64,000 nucleotides of DNA, from positions 1 through 64,000 of IMG/VR virus record IMGVR_UViG_3300042510_000354. One strand, 5' to 3'. Every line of letters starts with the position of its first letter. Positions within the stretch are counted from its first letter, which is position 1. Below, piece after piece: positions 19,599 to 30,200 of this stretch. The notes under the pieces were generated by a model. The model was given only the letters and a program-made list of their open reading frames with translations. It was not told where the DNA came from and searched no databases. The translations under genes were made by a program, and so were the position numbers. This DNA is from an uncultured virus (IMG/VR IMGVR_UViG_3300042510_000354). Its lineage: Duplodnaviria > Heunggongvirae > Uroviricota > Caudoviricetes.

Positions 19599-19940
19599 AT
19601 GGCATATGGTATGCAAACATATAATGATTCAGGTGGATTAGAATTTGATTCTAGTAGCTATGGGGGAATACCTCTTGGTATACTAGATTTATCTACAACG
19701 GCTACTTCTGGATCCCCAACTGTAATTAGATATACAGCCCAAACAGGCCGTAGACTTACAGTTATACCCTTGGTATCTGGAGATTACCTATATAGAGTTC
19801 ATGATCCCTATCAAGGATATGCGCCAATAGGTGATTATCCTCAGATTAGTTATTGGTCAGCCAATCCAGATTTTTCTCCTACTCTTGCAACACATGGTTT
19901 TGAAAAGAAGCCAACTAAAATATTGGTGCTATTAAAATGA
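19599..19940 (+). CDS. Minor tail protein
   Basis: MAYG.Q.YN.SG.L.FDS N-terminus typical of small proteins after tail-tip genes; AGGAG RBS. Confidence 0.55.
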   Translation: MAYGMQTYNDSGGLEFDSSSYGGIPLGILDLSTTATSGSPTVIRYTAQTGRRLTVIPLVSGDYLYRVHDPYQGYAPIGDYPQISYWSANPDFSPTLATHGFEKKPTKILVLLK

Positions 19941-22900
19941 GTTATGGTTTTAAATTTTTTAATGATTCATCAGAATTAGTATTAGATAATGAATTAGTAA
20001 AACCTTGGTTTGCTGGAAGAGCTACTTTTGTTAGTGCAGAAGTTTCTTCTGACATTCCAAGTTTTTCATTTACTCATGCTGATGGAATTACTCGTAATTA
20101 TGTAGTGTATAGGATTACGTATACACCACCAACTGTAAGTAATGGAGTGTTCTATATTTCATTACCTCCAGACAGTATTAATAATAAAGCTTATAATGTT
20201 GCAAATCCCTTTTATAGTGGTAATGAAAATATTTATGTATACGCTGCTGCTAATACTGATTATCTTCCTGTATCTTCAGATATACCTGAAATATATTGTT
20301 TTAGTCTTGGACAAATAACAACTGCTGGTCTAGGTTATGGAGCTAGACTATTTAATAGTTCTAATCAATGTGTATTTGATACAACTAAGTCTCACCTTAA
20401 AATAGATCCTGCAAGTTCACAATTCTTTGATTATTATGTAATACCTAATGGTAATCAGCAGAATAGCGTGCCACCAACAGACTACGCTTGTTATTTCTTA
20501 CCAAATCTAGAAACTAACAAGTTAACATATATTGATAGTTCAAATTTTAAAAGAGAAAAATATCTTTGTTTTTACAATCAAAATGGAAGCTATTTAACTT
20601 CTTGGTTTCCAAAAATATTAGATGAGAATAAAACAGGTACTTTACCATTTACAGGTTCTAGGTTTTTTAATAACTCTACTAGATATAGTAGTGTAAAACA
20701 AATATTACCAACAAGTATAGATCATAATCCGTTATTTTCTAATGCTTTAAGTTACAACCCTGGCTATAATGGTGGTGGTTTCCCTGCCGCTAGTTATGTA
20801 TTAACTCTTAATCCAACTATTACTCAAGAAGGTTATGTTAGCCCCATACAATGTAATGTAACTACAACAAATGTCCCTACTGGTGGACAACTAAGATATA
20901 CTCTATCTGGTACTGGAGTTACTGCATCTGATTTTGGAGATGGGTTAACAAATACTTTTGTTGTTAATAATAATACAGCAAGCTTTTTTATATATGCTGC
21001 ATCTGATAGTATTTTTGAACAAACTGAAACAGTAACAATGACTATCACCTCTGTAGGTGGAACTGCATTAGTTGGGATACCACAATCTTTTAGTCTTAAA
21101 AATTCAAGTTTTTATGATTTAAAAATTACTCCAAATGTAAGTAGTATAAATGAAGGTGAGTCTTTTACAGTTACTCTAACCACATTAGAAACTTCAACTT
21201 CACCTAGAATAGTAAATTATACGTTAACACAAATACCAACTGCAGTAGGGGCTATAGACCAAAACTTCGATAGTAATGATTGGGTATCTCTTGTTACGCT
21301 AGGTAGTGGTGCGACTGTAGCCTCTAACAGATTTACTTTACCTGCTAATGTATACCCACCCAGCACTTCAAGGACATTTAATGCTAAACTAGATTTTAGA
21401 GTAGATGGTCCAAAGAAACTTCGATTATCTATTGATGATAATCCTTCTGTATTTGTTGATATGTTAATTAATGATACTTCATTAGAGTATAGTTGGTCTA
21501 TCTCAGGTCCAAGTACTATTAACGAAGGTATTGAATATACATATAATGTAACTACGGCAGCTCCAACTGGTACTAGAGCAATTATTGGATTAACATCTAT
21601 TACAGGTGCATCTGAAGATGATATCGCTCAAATCAATGGAGTAAATTATGTTTCAGGTGATACTTATTACGTTACTACTACAAATGGATCTGGATCATTT
21701 ACTCTTAAATTTAAAGCAGATTTAACTACAGAAGGTAATGAAGCATTTACAATATTCTTAGATAAGGACATGCCAATACCAAGAACTAGGTTAGCAGATT
21801 TAGGGTTTAATGTAACACTAGTAGATACCTCATTAACTCCAATTAATTGGTCTTTTTCTAAAGTAACAGGTAACCCTACTACTGCATTAGTTAGAGAGGG
21901 TACTAGCCTAGTTGTTAGAGTTCAAAGTACTAATGTACCTGCATATCCTTATACTATATATTATAGAATTGCTAGTGGAAATGGTACATCAGATTCTGAT
22001 ACTAATTTCTTAACTAATGCTGTTTTTCCATTTAATATTACATCTACAGATCAACAAGTATTATTTGATATAAAAGAAGATAACTTTTCAGAGGGTACAG
22101 AAGCTTTTCAAATAACTTTTTATAGAGATGCTAGTGGTACTGATATTATTACAGGACTAGAATGGCAAATTATAGATGCTATTTCCGTATCTAGAAGTGA
22201 GGGGTTTGTTGTAGAAGGTCAGACTCAAACACTTACTATAACACCTAATTATTTAAGTTATCCTTATACTGTTTATGGAGAGATAACTGGTGGAAATGCT
22301 AATTTAACCAGTGCTGATTTTATTAGTGGTACTTTATTAACTGAAACAATACTCTATGATAATACTCCAGTTACTTTACAGTTTACTGGTGTAGAAGATT
22401 ATACTTATGAAGGTATATTTGGAGAAGTTGTATTCTTTGATATGTATTCAGACTCAGGAAGAACAATACCTATTGGTAATTCTATATCTTGGTCAATGGG
22501 GGATCCTCAATTTGTGTTTTCTAGATCTTATGCTTCTGTAGATGAGGGATCAAATCAAATAATCACAATTAGTACAAATGCAGTATTACCAAAGTTAATA
22601 TTTGGTAAAATGACTGGTACTGACATTACAAATTCAGACTTTAGCTCTCCTCCTAATTCTACGATATTTAATTGGAATATAACTGCTACTGGACAAAGTA
22701 TCGGCCTTACAATGGCTCCAGATTTATTTACAGAAACTAATCCAGAAACAGTTACTCTAACCTTCTATGATGATACACAATTAACTCGCCAAGTTGGTAA
22801 TACAGTAACTTGGGATATTGCAGACACTTCTAAAACACCACCTCCCTCTTGGTTATTCACAAGAGATCCAAATACAGCTACTGTAGATGAAGGGGTATCT

Positions 22901-25900
22901 GTAACAGTAACAGCTAGCAGTACTTATGTTCCTGTTTATCCAACAACTATATACTATAAAATTATTGGTAGTGGAATTACAACAGAAGATTTTAGTTTAG
23001 GTATACTACAAGGCTCTTGGAGTATATCTGATGCTTTAGAAACAATTTCATTTTTAATTCAGTCAGATCAACTTACTGAAGGTACAGAAGCAGTTACAAT
23101 TACATTCTATTCTGATTCAGGTTACACTACTCCTATTGGAAATCAAATTACTTTTAATATTGGAGACGCTTCTAAGACTACTTGGACATTTGCAAGAATC
23201 CCTTCAAGTGGCACTATTGATGAAGGCCAATCAATATCCTTTACTGCTACTCCTAGTAATATTCTAGCTCCAAATACAACAATATATTATTGGTTAAATG
23301 GAACTGGAATTACTTCTGGGGATGTAGTTTCTGCATCATTAGAAGGAAGTTTTAATAGTAATTCAGGTCTTATTCTTAATATGAGAGAAGACTTATCTAC
23401 TGAAAATTTAGAGACAGCAGGAATTACTTTTTATTCAGACTCTAATAGGACTATACCTATTGGTAATTTACTAAGTTGGGATATTGGAGATACTTCCAAG
23501 ACTCCTCCTTCATACTCGTTATCTGTATCCCAAACTTCAATAGATGAGGGTTCAGATTTCTCTTTTACTATAAATAGTGCTAATGTATTAAATTACCCAT
23601 TTACAGCGTATTATAGACTATCTGGTACAGGTATAACAGTTGATGATACTGATTTTGATCCTTTATTAGGTTCAGTATCTGTGACAGGTCCAACAGTATC
23701 TTTTAATATTAATGCTACTGCTGATCAATATACTGAAGGTAATGAAACATTGACCTTCTCCCTATATTCTGATTCAAATAGAACAGTTCAACTTGGCAAT
23801 TCAGTATCAATTGTACTTAATGATGCTTCTAAAACTACTTGGACATTTGCTAGAATTCCAGCTACAGGTTCCTTTAATGAGACAACTAATAATTCTATCT
23901 CATTCACGGCTACTCCAAGTAATCCCGCACAAGCTCCAACTACTATTTACTATTGGTTAAGTGGTACTAATATCTTAGATGGCGATTTTAGTCCTGCTGG
24001 GACGTTAGGTAGTTTTACTTCTACAAGTGGTTTAACTATAACAATGGCTGCAGATAATACTACTGAAAATCCAGCTTTAGAAACAGTAGGAATAACATTC
24101 TATTCTAATTCTAGTAGAACTATACAAATTGGCAATACATTATCATGGGATGTAAATGATAGCTCTTTTAGTGCTCCAGTTTATAGTGTTTATTTCTTTA
24201 CTCCACCTGGAACTGTAGATGAAGGCGCTAGTACTTATATTGGTATAGATAGTAGTTTTATACCTACTTACCCTGTAACAATATATTACAAGTTTACTGG
24301 AACTGGTATTACAAATGCAGATACTAATTTTGCTACATCAGGGCCAGTAGCACTCACAGGACCTTTCACTTATTATAAAGTAGATGTTTCAGCTGATCAA
24401 TTTACCGAAGGTAATGAAATATTAACTGTTACTTTATATTTGGACTCTGGTTTTACTACACAGTTAGGTACACCCGCATCTATAACAATAAGTGATACTT
24501 CTAAAACTACTTGGTCCTTCACTAAGAATCCAAGTACAGGCTCAATTGCTGAAACTGGAAGTAATACTTCTATATCATTTAGTACTACCCCTAGCAATGC
24601 ACTGGCACCAGCAATAACAGTGTACTACTCTGTTTCAGGAATACTTGCCTCAGACTTAACTTCTAACTCATTAACTGGAAGTTTTAATTCCTCAAGTGGA
24701 ACAACATTAACAATGGCCGCTGATACTTCAACAGAAGGTAATGAAACAGCTACTATTAACTTTTATTCTGATTCAGGAAGGACAGTACCTATTGGCAATT
24801 CACTTAGCTGGATTATTGAAGACACTTCCATAAGTCCTCCAAGTTACGAAATTTCTGTATACCCCAATACTACTACCTATAGCACTACTGAAAATGAAGG
24901 TAGTTTAACATACTTGAGAGTAAGAAGTTTTAATGTTACATCTTATCCTAAGACTATATACTATAGAATCACAGGAACTGGGGTTACTACATCAGATACA
25001 GATTTAGTTACAACAGCTATTTCTGGAGGTATTGATGGCCAAATCATATTAGACAGTGCAGATCATTACACATATATTAATACTATTGCTGATCAACTAA
25101 CAGAAGGTACAGAAACTTTAACCTTTAGGTTTTACACTAATTCTAGTAGATTATTAGAAAATCAAATAAGTTTTGGACCTGTTGCTAATGATAATAAAAT
25201 AACACTTATTATTAATGATACTTCTCAAACTACTTGGACTTTTGATAGAGCACCTTTTGGGACTATTAATGAAGGCAGTAGTGTTCAAATATATGCTACT
25301 CCAAGTAACCCTTCACAGGGTGTTGCTATCTTATATTATAGTATATCTGGAATTTCAGCAAGTGATATTACATCAGGCTCTTTAACTGGCAGCTTTGCAT
25401 CCACTGGAGCCCCTAGTTTTACAATGACGCCAGATAGTTTTACAGATGGCCCAGAAACAGCAACTATTAGCTTTTTCAAAGATTCTAGCAGAACTATATC
25501 TGCAGGTAACAGTTTAAGTTGGGATATTGGAGACATTTCTTTAAGTCCTCCCTCATATAGTTTTTCTAGTTCGCCAAGCACAGTAAATGAAGGTGCTGGT
25601 TTAACTGTATTTTGGAGTTTTAGCAATGTTCCTTCTTTTCCAATTACTTTATATTATACTATAAGTGGAACTAACGTTACGGCTGGTGATACATCTGAGA
25701 ATCAATTACAAGGTTCAGTAACTTTTCCTGGACCTAGCGGCAGCTTTAGCTTTAGTATGACAGCTGATTCATTTACAGAAGGTACAGAATATGCTTCGGC
25801 AACTTGGTATACAAATGCAGCTAGGACAATTCAAGCTGGAAGTGCTATATCTTGGGCTATTGCAGATACTTCAACTACTCCATTACCCCCAATAACATTG

Positions 25901-26206
25901 TCTAGTATGCAAGTTGGTTATCCAACTGTTGGCATGACAACTATCCCTAGGGGAAGTTATTTTTGGATAGATGTATCTCTTAGTAGATATAATGATACTG
26001 GATCAGCTATACCTGTACTTGTAGAGTATAGAGTTAACAGTACAGGTGCTTGGAATACATTTGAAACATTAAGTTTTCCAGCATTCTATACTACAAAATC
26101 AACAAGTTTAATTCAAAATCAAGCTACTGGACCTGCTGCTACATTAAATGTAAGAGCTACCTCTAGTAGTATTGGTGGCACAATTTATTTGAATTTAGGT
26201 TGGTAA
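19937..26206 (+). CDS. Large tail-associated adhesin with about 15 Calx-beta/Ig-like repeats
   Basis: MSYG...N-terminal tail domain followed by ~110-aa repeats (xEG...D..TEG.ET...YSDS.RT..IGN...I.DTS). Confidence 0.75.
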   Translation: MSYGFKFFNDSSELVLDNELVKPWFAGRATFVSAEVSSDIPSFSFTHADGITRNYVVYRITYTPPTVSNGVFYISLPPDSINNKAYNVANPFYSGNENIYVYAAANTDYLPVSSDIPEIYCFSLGQITTAGLGYGARLFNSSNQCVFDTTKSHLKIDPASSQFFDYYVIPNGNQQNSVPPTDYACYFLPNLETNKLTYIDSSNFKREKYLCFYNQNGSYLTSWFPKILDENKTGTLPFTGSRFFNNSTRYSSVKQILPTSIDHNPLFSNALSYNPGYNGGGFPAASYVLTLNPTITQEGYVSPIQCNVTTTNVPTGGQLRYTLSGTGVTASDFGDGLTNTFVVNNNTASFFIYAASDSIFEQTETVTMTITSVGGTALVGIPQSFSLKNSSFYDLKITPNVSSINEGESFTVTLTTLETSTSPRIVNYTLTQIPTAVGAIDQNFDSNDWVSLVTLGSGATVASNRFTLPANVYPPSTSRTFNAKLDFRVDGPKKLRLSIDDNPSVFVDMLINDTSLEYSWSISGPSTINEGIEYTYNVTTAAPTGTRAIIGLTSITGASEDDIAQINGVNYVSGDTYYVTTTNGSGSFTLKFKADLTTEGNEAFTIFLDKDMPIPRTRLADLGFNVTLVDTSLTPINWSFSKVTGNPTTALVREGTSLVVRVQSTNVPAYPYTIYYRIASGNGTSDSDTNFLTNAVFPFNITSTDQQVLFDIKEDNFSEGTEAFQITFYRDASGTDIITGLEWQIIDAISVSRSEGFVVEGQTQTLTITPNYLSYPYTVYGEITGGNANLTSADFISGTLLTETILYDNTPVTLQFTGVEDYTYEGIFGEVVFFDMYSDSGRTIPIGNSISWSMGDPQFVFSRSYASVDEGSNQIITISTNAVLPKLIFGKMTGTDITNSDFSSPPNSTIFNWNITATGQSIGLTMAPDLFTETNPETVTLTFYDDTQLTRQVGNTVTWDIADTSKTPPPSWLFTRDPNTATVDEGVSVTVTASSTYVPVYPTTIYYKIIGSGITTEDFSLGILQGSWSISDALETISFLIQSDQLTEGTEAVTITFYSDSGYTTPIGNQITFNIGDASKTTWTFARIPSSGTIDEGQSISFTATPSNILAPNTTIYYWLNGTGITSGDVVSASLEGSFNSNSGLILNMREDLSTENLETAGITFYSDSNRTIPIGNLLSWDIGDTSKTPPSYSLSVSQTSIDEGSDFSFTINSANVLNYPFTAYYRLSGTGITVDDTDFDPLLGSVSVTGPTVSFNINATADQYTEGNETLTFSLYSDSNRTVQLGNSVSIVLNDASKTTWTFARIPATGSFNETTNNSISFTATPSNPAQAPTTIYYWLSGTNILDGDFSPAGTLGSFTSTSGLTITMAADNTTENPALETVGITFYSNSSRTIQIGNTLSWDVNDSSFSAPVYSVYFFTPPGTVDEGASTYIGIDSSFIPTYPVTIYYKFTGTGITNADTNFATSGPVALTGPFTYYKVDVSADQFTEGNEILTVTLYLDSGFTTQLGTPASITISDTSKTTWSFTKNPSTGSIAETGSNTSISFSTTPSNALAPAITVYYSVSGILASDLTSNSLTGSFNSSSGTTLTMAADTSTEGNETATINFYSDSGRTVPIGNSLSWIIEDTSISPPSYEISVYPNTTTYSTTENEGSLTYLRVRSFNVTSYPKTIYYRITGTGVTTSDTDLVTTAISGGIDGQIILDSADHYTYINTIADQLTEGTETLTFRFYTNSSRLLENQISFGPVANDNKITLIINDTSQTTWTFDRAPFGTINEGSSVQIYATPSNPSQGVAILYYSISGISASDITSGSLTGSFASTGAPSFTMTPDSFTDGPETATISFFKDSSRTISAGNSLSWDIGDISLSPPSYSFSSSPSTVNEGAGLTVFWSFSNVPSFPITLYYTISGTNVTAGDTSENQLQGSVTFPGPSGSFSFSMTADSFTEGTEYASATWYTNAARTIQAGSAISWAIADTSTTPLPPITLSSMQVGYPTVGMTTIPRGSYFWIDVSLSRYNDTGSAIPVLVEYRVNSTGAWNTFETLSFPAFYTTKSTSLIQNQATGPAATLNVRATSSSIGGTIYLNLGW
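20788..25873 (+). repeat. Array of about 15 degenerate ~330-bp domain repeats
   Basis: Recurring protein motif; near-repeated DNA such as ACTACTTGGACATTTGC. Confidence 0.7.
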
Positions 26207-26224
26207 AATGAGTTAAAATTATTA

Positions 26225-26253
26225 CATTTACCAGGGGACGCTAAAGAGAGATC
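26225..26253 (+). promoter_or_regulatory. Putative phage-RNAP promoter, copy 2
   Basis: Identical to 4235-4263; intergenic. Confidence 0.75.
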
Positions 26254-26293
26254 CTAGGCGTTCCCTAGGTAATATTATTATAAGATATTATTA

Positions 26294-26737
26294 ATGGAAT
26301 CAATTAAACCAAGAACATTAGAAGATATCCATTTTTGTGTTGATATGTATCTGAAATTAAATGATGAAAGCTTTATCCCTGCAGATAAACAATTAGCTTA
26401 TGATAACTTAAGTAATTTAGTTAGAAGAAATAAATTTGTTAGAATGGCAGTAAAAGAGGATAAGATCATAGGATGGATATACGCTATTCCTGGATTAAAT
26501 CTACATACAAAAGAAAAAATATTACAACAGTCATATTTCTGTTCAAATCAAACAGGGATATCTGCTGCAAGGGTTATAAAGTTTCTACATCAGGAACTAA
26601 TAGAAGAAGCAAAAAGACTAGACATTAAACTAGTTATGTCCACAGGAAGTCATTTTGACGAGGACAATACCTTTACCAAAATACTTGAAAGGTATGGTTG
26701 GGAAAGAAGAGGATACATTGCAATTAAAAAATTGTGA
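26294..26737 (+). CDS. GNAT-fold (acetyltransferase-like) protein
   Basis: R.LEDI, IIGWI.A, EEAK...KLV and C-terminal LERYGW pattern typical of GNAT folds. Confidence 0.55.
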   Translation: MESIKPRTLEDIHFCVDMYLKLNDESFIPADKQLAYDNLSNLVRRNKFVRMAVKEDKIIGWIYAIPGLNLHTKEKILQQSYFCSNQTGISAARVIKFLHQELIEEAKRLDIKLVMSTGSHFDEDNTFTKILERYGWERRGYIAIKKL

Positions 26738-26781
26738 TTTCATTAACCTAAGCTCCATCTGAGGATCGAGAAAGGAAGAAA

Positions 26782-27219
26782 ATGGCACGAAGTAAAATTA
26801 CGTCTGCATCAAAGGATTTAATATCCGATGATGGTGCAGTACTAGTATCTGTTATTAAGGGTGAACAGATACATTTAAATTTAACCCTATCATGGCTTAC
26901 TAATATTTCAAATTATGAAATCTTTAGTAAAGTCGTAGAAGCAAATAACGATGGTGCTGGAACAATTCCAGAGACAGTAAAACCAGGCGGTGTAACTGTT
27001 GATATCCCATTACTAGATACAACAGACACTAATAATCAATTTATTATGGTGTTACCAGAAACATTGATTGCAGGGTGGTCTCCACAACCATCCCCTAACA
27101 AACCTGTATATGGCTATATTGATCTTGAGATCAGAGATACAGGTATAGGTAGTCGCAAACAAGTATGGAAACCATTTAGAGGCTTAGTTGAAGTAAGATA
27201 CTCTCCAACGGAGCTATAA
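26782..27219 (+). CDS. Virion structural protein (possible fibre-anchoring protein)
   Basis: Beta-rich, Y.DLEI.D...W...G.VEV pattern, precedes the tail fibre gene. Confidence 0.45.
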   Translation: MARSKITSASKDLISDDGAVLVSVIKGEQIHLNLTLSWLTNISNYEIFSKVVEANNDGAGTIPETVKPGGVTVDIPLLDTTDTNNQFIMVLPETLIAGWSPQPSPNKPVYGYIDLEIRDTGIGSRKQVWKPFRGLVEVRYSPTEL

Positions 27220-27220
27220 T

Positions 27221-30200
27221 ATGGCTACGCAAAATTATGAAGTAGTTGTAAATCCTGGCTCTATTGAACTTGGAGTAACTACACAAAACAACATTTTAAC
27301 AGTACAGACAGTAGACTATATTTTATCATTGTCTCGTACTGGTGGTCAAGGAGCACAAGGTTTTAGTGCTTATGAGATTGCCGTACAAAATGGTTACACA
27401 GGAACTGCACAACAGTTCGCTGATGAACTTTCTACACTAGCTCAAAAAGTAACTGCTGCAGCTGCCAGTGCAACTCAGGCTGCTTTATCTGCTACTGCCG
27501 CATCTACAAGTGCTAACCTAGCAAGTGGCAGTGCCCAAGCTGCCGCTCAGAGTGTAGTTAATTCTACAGCCCAAGCTAATGCTGCTTCTCAGAGTGCTAC
27601 AAATGCAGCTATAAGTGCTGCACAAGCTAGTGTCTCTGCAGACTTGTCTGAGGATAGTGCTACTGATTCACAGTTAGCTGCTGCTGATGCTTCTGCTAGC
27701 GAAGATGCTGCAGCTAGTTCTGAGGCCAATGCCTTACTTTACAGGAATGCTGCTCAAACATCAGCTACTACTGCAGATGCTAAAGCTGTAATTGCTACTA
27801 CTCAAGCTACTTCGGCTACCAATAGTGCTGCAAATGCTTTAACAAGTGCTAACAATGCAGCTAATAGTCAAACTAATGCTAGTACTAGCGCTACACAATC
27901 TGCCCAAAGTGCAATTGCCTCTGCAGCTAGTGCTGTAGCCTCTGACTATAGTGCTGACTTAGCTGATCTAAGTGCTACTAATGCTGAAGCCAGTAAAAAT
28001 GCCGCTGCATTAAGTCAAGCTGATGCACTAGCTTCTAAAAATGCTTCTGCTATAAGTGCTACAACTGCAACTACAAAAGCAGATGAGGCCTCTACAAGCG
28101 CATCTACTGCAACTACGAAGGCTAGCGAGGCATCTACAAGTGCTACTAGTGCAGCTACTAGTGCTAGTACTGCGACACTTCAATCAAGTATTGCATCTAC
28201 TAAAGCTAACGAAGCTGCCCAAAGTGCTGCAAATGCTGCTGCTTCTCAAGCTGCCGCACAAGCTAGTCTTGCTTCTTTTAGAAGTACTTATTTAGGTGAA
28301 CTGAATGCGGATCCTACCTTAGATGGTAATGGTGATCCTGTAATGATTGGTGCTGAATATTTCAACACTGTTCAAAATAAATTAAAAGTTTATACATCTA
28401 CTGGGTGGCAATTTTATGATGAGACAGCACAAACAGCTTCACAGAATGCTGCTTTAAGTGCTTCACAAGCTGCTTCTTCAAGTGCTACTTCTCAAAGTTA
28501 TGCTACTACAGCAATTACTAAGGCCACTGAAGCTGCTACCTCTGCTTTAAGTGCTTCACAAAGCGCTACCAGTGCTTTAGCATCTAAAAATGCTGCAGCT
28601 ACATCTGAGACTAACTCTAGTGCATCTGAAAACTATGCTTTAAACTATAAGAATGCTGCTGCAACTAGTGCCGATATTGCTTCCTCAAAAGCTTCGGATG
28701 CTAATATTTCAGCTCAGAGTGCTTCTACTAGTGCAACAAATGCTGCTACGTATTTATCTAGTGTTGTAGCTTCTGCTAACAATGCAGGACAGAGTGCTAC
28801 TGCAGCTAGTGTATCTGAAATAAATGCTGCTACAAGTGCAGCTAATGCTCTAACAAGTGCTAATAATGCTGATATTAGTGAAGCTTTAGCTTTAGATTGG
28901 GCTTCTAAAACAGGTGGTACTGTTGATGGTACAAATTATTCAGCTAAACATTATGCGTTACAAACAACAACTAATGCTTCTGCTGCTGCTACAAGTGCGT
29001 CTCAAGCCTCTACTAGTGCAACTAATGCAGCCTCAAGTGCTACTCAAGCGGCTACATCATTAGCTAATATTGGTTTATCTGAAACAAATGCAGCTAATAG
29101 TGCTGCGGATGCTTTAGGTTCTAAGAATGCTGCTGCTTTAAGTGCTACTAATGCTCTAACAAGTGCTAATAATGCTGATGCATCTAAAGTGGCTGCGGCT
29201 AATAGTGCCTCTAGTGCTGGAACAAGTGCTAGCAATGCTTTGACAAGCGAACAAAATGCTTTGGCATCTAAAAATGCCGCTGCAACTAGCGAAGCAAATG
29301 CAGATATTTCTGAGGCAAATGCTTTAACAAGTGCTAACTCAGCTTCGACAAGTGCTGCTTCAGCCTTAAGTTCTAAAAATGCATCCGCTACTAGCGCTAC
29401 TAATGCTGCTACATCCGAAACAAATGCAGCTACAAGTGCAGGTAATGCATTAGCCTCTGAGGTTACTTCTTTATCATATAAGAATGAAACAATATACAAT
29501 GCAACAAACGCAGCTACAAGTGCTGCTAGTGCATTAACTTCTAAGAATGCCGCTGTAAATGCTCAGTTAGGTGCTGAGGCAGCTAGAGATGCTGCTTTAA
29601 GCGCTTATGATAGTTTTGATGATAGGTATCTAGGTGCAAAGTTAGAAGATCCCTCAACTGATAATGATGGTGGGCAGTTGTTAGCTGGAATGTTATACTT
29701 CCAAACTAACGTAGGTATGCGAGTTTATACAGGTTCATTCTGGACTTCTGCTTATGTTTCTGGTGGTGGCTTTATGCTACCCGCAAATAATTTAAGTGAT
29801 GTTGTTAGTGTTCCTAATGCAAGGAATAATCTAGGTCTTGGTACAGCTGCTTTATCTGATAATGAAGATTTTGCCACTGCTGCTCAAGGTGCTAAATTTG
29901 AAGACGTATTAACAGCTACTGGTGAACCTAATGGTCATACAGACGTTAGTCAATCAGTAATAGCTTTTGATAATGCAAGTCGTACATTTACTATTAGCCC
30001 TACTAATACTTCATTTGAGATTTGGTGTAAAGGTAATAAACATGTGTTCTTAACAACACAGACTGTAACTATTCCTAATACAACTGGATTACATTATATT
30101 TATTTTAGTAGTACTGGTGTATTGTCTACAAAGACTACATTCTTTACTTTTGGTATTGATACCTTTACTGCTTACATTTATTGGAATGCTACAACTCAAA

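Noticed and set aside
27450..29600. Recurrent AGTGCT/GCTACT/ACAAGTGC DNA words resembling a repeat array or CRISPR
   Set aside because: Explained by Ala/Ser/Thr codons in the fibre shaft; no fixed repeat-spacer periodicity and no cas genes
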